A DNA stretch of 11,183 nucleotides, the filler included, from an uncultured virus (IMG/VR IMGVR_UViG_2061766007_004248) (lineage: Duplodnaviria > Heunggongvirae > Uroviricota > Caudoviricetes). It is 3 parts of one record of this genome, joined end to end, with 100 filler letters (N's around TTAATTAATTAA, not from the genome) between each part and the next. Parts side by side here need not be neighbours in the genome. Positions count along the whole stretch, not along the records: positions 4,701 to 11,183 come from IMGVR_UViG_2061766007_004248; 2 more parts are not named here. One strand, written 5' to 3'. The position numbers and the translations under genes are program-made. Of the stretch, positions 8,164 through 11,183 are shown in pieces. The notes beneath the pieces are model-generated. The model was not told where the DNA came from and searched no databases. It worked only from the letters and a program-made list of their open reading frames with translations. Position 1 is the first letter of the stretch; each line of letters begins with the position of its first letter.

Positions 8164-8192
8164 AAACATATAGTAACAGGGAGGCGGAACGA

Positions 8193-9039
8193 ATGCATGA
8201 TTACTTTGGGGGAACAACCGGCCAGCGGATTGAAGACCTGATCCGGGAAAACCGGATTTCACAGGCAGTATTGGCCAAGGCCGTCAATGTTTCCAAAGCA
8301 ACCATGAGCCGTTATATTCAGGATAAATGCGAAATCCCTTCCGACACTCTCCGCGCAATTGCCGGGTACCTTGATGTCACTCCGGATTTTCTCCTTGGTG
8401 TGACAGATATCCCGTTTAAGACGAACCATGATATCGACCGGCTTGGCCTGACAGCTGAGGCTGCAAGGAGAATGCTCGCCGGTCAGCTGGATATGCGCGT
8501 TCTGAACATATTGATTGAGAACGATGACTTCGCGGTCCTGACAAAACAGATTGCGCAGTACGTCGATGCAGCCCAGCGCGAAAGCCTGTCGGTGATGAAT
8601 GCNNNNNNNNNNGACTGCCGGAAAACTCGTGACCCGGCATTCTGAAACACATCCGCAGGATAAGGAAAACGCCCTCAGGGCGTATCATGATATCCGCGGC
8701 AGCATGGTCACCCCGTCTTTACCGGACACAGCTGCCATGGAGTCAACCTGGTCCAGAATCCTGGATGAACTCCGCAAAGGCGCAGAAGACCGGATTCGGA
8801 AAAACGTGAAACTGACAACGGATATCATGGAGAAGATCATGGCCGGTCTGGAAGAACGCAAAACCAAAACCGATCTGCACAGCACAACCGTCCGCGATAT
8901 CACGCACGCAATCACCGATGTTATCACAGCCGCCGGTTTCCCTGAGAATGAGAAAGAAGCATTGGAGAAGAGCTTGCGAGAGTTGTTTGACCGATTTGTG
9001 AAAACGAGGGGAGAAAACCCTAATATCATACCAAAGTGA
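8193..9039 (+). CDS. XRE-family helix-turn-helix transcriptional regulator with long helical C-terminus
   Basis: GGAGG at 8180-8184 then ATG 8193; GQRIEDLIRENRISQAVLAKAVNVSKATMSRYIQD...IAGYLDVTPDFLLG is a classic XRE HTH. ORFs 8157-8645 and 8599-9039 probably join across the 10-N gap at 8603-8612. Confidence 0.85.
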
Positions 9040-9533
9040 ACTGATCCGATTAGCGTGTTTAAGGCAGTGTTGTCCCACTTGGTTATCGATCCTATGCATT
9101 NNNNNNNNNNNNNNNNNNNNNNNNNNNNNNNNNNNNNNNNNNNNNNNNNNNNNNNNNNNNNNNNNNNNNNNNNNTCGCCGTCTGCGGGGTAAGAATATCC
9201 AATGGTAACAGTTGATTGCATCAGTCTCTCCCGCAGAGAAGGGATCCCCTTCATCTGACCGTNNNNNNNNNNNNNNNNNNNNNNNNNNNNNNNNNNNNNN
9301 NNNNNNNNNNNNNNNNNNNNNNNNNNNNNNNNNNNNNNNNNNNNNNNNNNNNNNATAAGGCACCAGGTGTGTTCGGTTGTTTCCGCATGGTTCTGCTTTG
9401 GTGTACTATACCCATAATATATATTATATTATAATATTATTATATTTTTGGGTTATGTGCCATTAAGTATCCACTTTGGTGCCTTTTTGATTATCATTTA
9501 TGACCAATGTGGTATCGTTTTGGGAACAAAGCC

Positions 9534-9660
9534 GAGATGTGTGGTTTGATTTTCAGGCCACACCGGCCTGGTTTTGGAAACATGATCGGGNNNNNNNNNN
9601 ATTGGGATGTGTGGTTTCATTGTCAGGCTGCAACGATCTGGTTTGGGAAACATGATCGGG
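9534..9660 (+). repeat. Two diverged 57-bp direct repeat units
   Basis: 9534-9590 versus 9604-9660 differ at 9 of 57 positions; they are separated by a 10-N gap, so they may be alleles rather than a true tandem repeat. Confidence 0.4.
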
Positions 9661-10139
9661 TTCAACCGTTTCAGTGCAGTCGCCCATGGGTCGGTNNNNN
9701 NNNNNNNNNNNNNNNNNNNNNNNNNNNNNNNNNNNNNNNNNNNNNNNNNNNNNNNNNNTTTTTTGCTTCCTAAAGCGTTACGTTCCGGGATGCTTTCCGG
9801 GTCTGACGATATCGGCGCTGACGCTCCTGCTTTGATGTACGGAAAACGGTAGTGCTGCAGATGGAGCAGTATTAAGAAGATCAAAGAATCCGATAACTTG
9901 CGTCAGGTACACGGACAGCTAGATCCTGTTCTGGACGCGTTAATATCTGATGGAATGCTGAAGCGAGGATCGATTGTGCTAAACATGTTTATTTTTGGTA
10001 AAATTATTATAGAAGGTAAGGAAAGAGCCCTTCCAGAANNNNNNNNNNCCTGAAAGTCTCATGCCAGTCGCCTGCAGCAGTTCATGGTGAAGCGGCAGAC
10101 AGGTCGACAATGTCAAATACGGCCAAACACAAACCAATA

Positions 10140-10169
10140 TTGACAAATTTATCCATCCTATGTTACAAT
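10140..10169 (+). promoter_or_regulatory. Near-consensus sigma70/SigA promoter
   Basis: TTGACA (10140-10145), 18 bp spacer, TACAAT (10164-10169) with TGn extension; the gene it drives is hidden by the gap at 10216. Confidence 0.65.
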
Positions 10170-10225
10170 AACAGGGCAGAGAAAGACACGCACCAGATGG
10201 TGCGGATGGCGACCGNNNNNNNNNN

Positions 10226-10336
10226 GTTTCGGAATTCGACGAAGTGATCTGGGGCAGCCTGGTGGAATATGTGACCGTAGGCAAAGACAAAACAATGGTG
10301 TTCACGCTGATAGGCGGGACTGAGATGAGGGGCTGA
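10226..10336 (+). CDS. C-terminal end of a large serine recombinase (integrase)
   Basis: A frame absent from the ORF track reads VSEFDEVIWGSLVEYVTVGKDKTMVFTLIGGTEMRG*. This matches, from memory, the 'EFDE.LW..LV..VTV......F.F..G.E' tail of Bacillota large serine recombinases. Only 36 residues are visible. Confidence 0.7.
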   Translation, partial: VSEFDEVIWGSLVEYVTVGKDKTMVFTLIGGTEMRG

Positions 10337-10365
10337 AGCAACACTCGAGTGTCGGNNNNNNNNNN

Positions 10366-11183
10366 AGAAACTGGTTTGCCTGCTGCTGGCGGCCGTGCTG
10401 TGCATGGCTTGGACACTGACCCTGGCTGAGGAGACTGCACCCCGTGACCTGGAGGCCGAGAAGGCCGCCTTCCTGGAGACCCTGCAGGCTGAAGGCCGCG
10501 CAGAGGTCGGCGTCTGGAAGGTCGAACGGATCCGCGACAATGTGTATCACATGGATGAGGACACCGTCGGCAACCCCGGCGGCTCCATCTCCCCCGAGGG
10601 CGTCTTCAACAATCCGTCCTCCATCTACTTCATCGTGGAAGAGGGCGAGGTCCTGATCGTGGACCTCGGCAATCCGACCTTCGGCGAAGGCGAGACCGAC
10701 GCGAAGGTCATCATGGAGGCCATGACCGCCGGCAAGNNNNNNNNNNNNNNNNNNNNNNNNNNNNACCGGCCTGGGCCGCAGCACGGCGGTCTTCGAGAAT
10801 ATCGACGTGCAGAAGGTCCTGATCGGCGCGCCCGACCTTGAGACCGCCATGGACGCCATCGGCCAGTTCGAGGGCAAGATCGAGGCCCTCGAGGACGGCC
10901 AGACCTTCACCTGGGCCGGCACGGAACTCACCGCCTACATCGTGGCCGCCCACACCCCCGGCTCGCTGNNNNNNNNNNNNNNNNNNNNNNNNNNNNNNNN
11001 NNNNNNNNNNNCCTGCTGATCACCGGCGACACCTTCGGCAGCGGCGCCGTGTGGGTGTTCTGGCCCAGTCCCGACGGGAACCCGCTGCAGATCCTCCGGG
11101 ACGGCACCTCCCGCGCACGCGACATCCTCAACAACATGACCGATGTCCGCATCCTGGCCGGCCACCGCTGCCAGCAGTTCTGG
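10366..11183 (+). CDS. Secreted metallo-beta-lactamase-fold hydrolase (partial, gapped), probably a host gene
   Basis: Signal-peptide-like KLVCLLLAAVLCMAWTLTLA; MBL motifs in order VLIVDLG, [HxHxDH position falls in the N gap], AHTPGS, LLITGDTFG, ILAGH. Markedly higher GC and GC3 than the upstream genes. Confidence 0.8.

Larger units (their letters stand above)
6339..8179 (-). mobile_element. IS110-family insertion sequence with CT core at both ends
   Basis: Minus-strand left junction CCGCCTCC-CT-GTTACTAT (core 8179-8178) and right junction TATTTGCAGG-CT-TCCAAATG (core 6340-6339). No long terminal inverted repeats or target duplication beyond the core. Contains a DEDD recombinase and a roughly 270-nt structured non-coding left end. 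Confidence 0.85.

Noticed and set aside
8157..8192. Longer XRE start at 8157 given by the ORF track
   Set aside because: It lies inside the IS110 left end; the GGAGG at 8180-8184 supports ATG 8193.
9759..10038. Reading frame open on both sides of a TAG at 9850-9852 (possible readthrough or recoding)
   Set aside because: No recognisable protein on either side, and TAG serves as a normal stop elsewhere in the window (YgiT gene).
10366..11183. MBL-fold gene as an antibiotic-resistance beta-lactamase
   Set aside because: The fold is shared by many hydrolases, the HxHxDH region is in a gap, and nothing specifically indicates a class B beta-lactamase.

Overview
This is a gappy, apparently metagenome- or mixed-population-derived scaffold from a probable Bacillota (Clostridia-like) organism. 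It contains three pieces joined by artificial 100-bp linkers (44 N + TTAATTAATTAA + 44 N at 741-840 and 4601-4700), so adjacency across the linkers is not biological. Many 10-N gaps are flanked by duplicated allelic sequence. Pieces 1-2 (1-4600) hold a prophage-type replication module: a family-A DNA polymerase fragment, a degenerate DUF4406-like gene, a VapE primase-helicase, an origin-like region and a VRR-NUC nuclease. Piece 3 (4701-11183) holds a compact MetK-like SAM synthetase, a DUF4258/YgiT zinc-finger toxin-antitoxin-like pair, an IS110 element, an XRE regulator, the C-terminus of a large serine recombinase and a GC-rich secreted MBL-fold hydrolase. The best finding is that the IS110 can be decoded from sequence alone. 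Both ends share a CT core, and circularisation builds a (N)TGACT-17-TACTAT promoter. The left end folds into a two-loop bridge-RNA-like structure. One loop matches the element's own junction (TGCAGG / AACAG). The other carries GCCTCC, an anti-Shine-Dalgarno-like guide matching the actual insertion site at the ribosome-binding site of the XRE gene.
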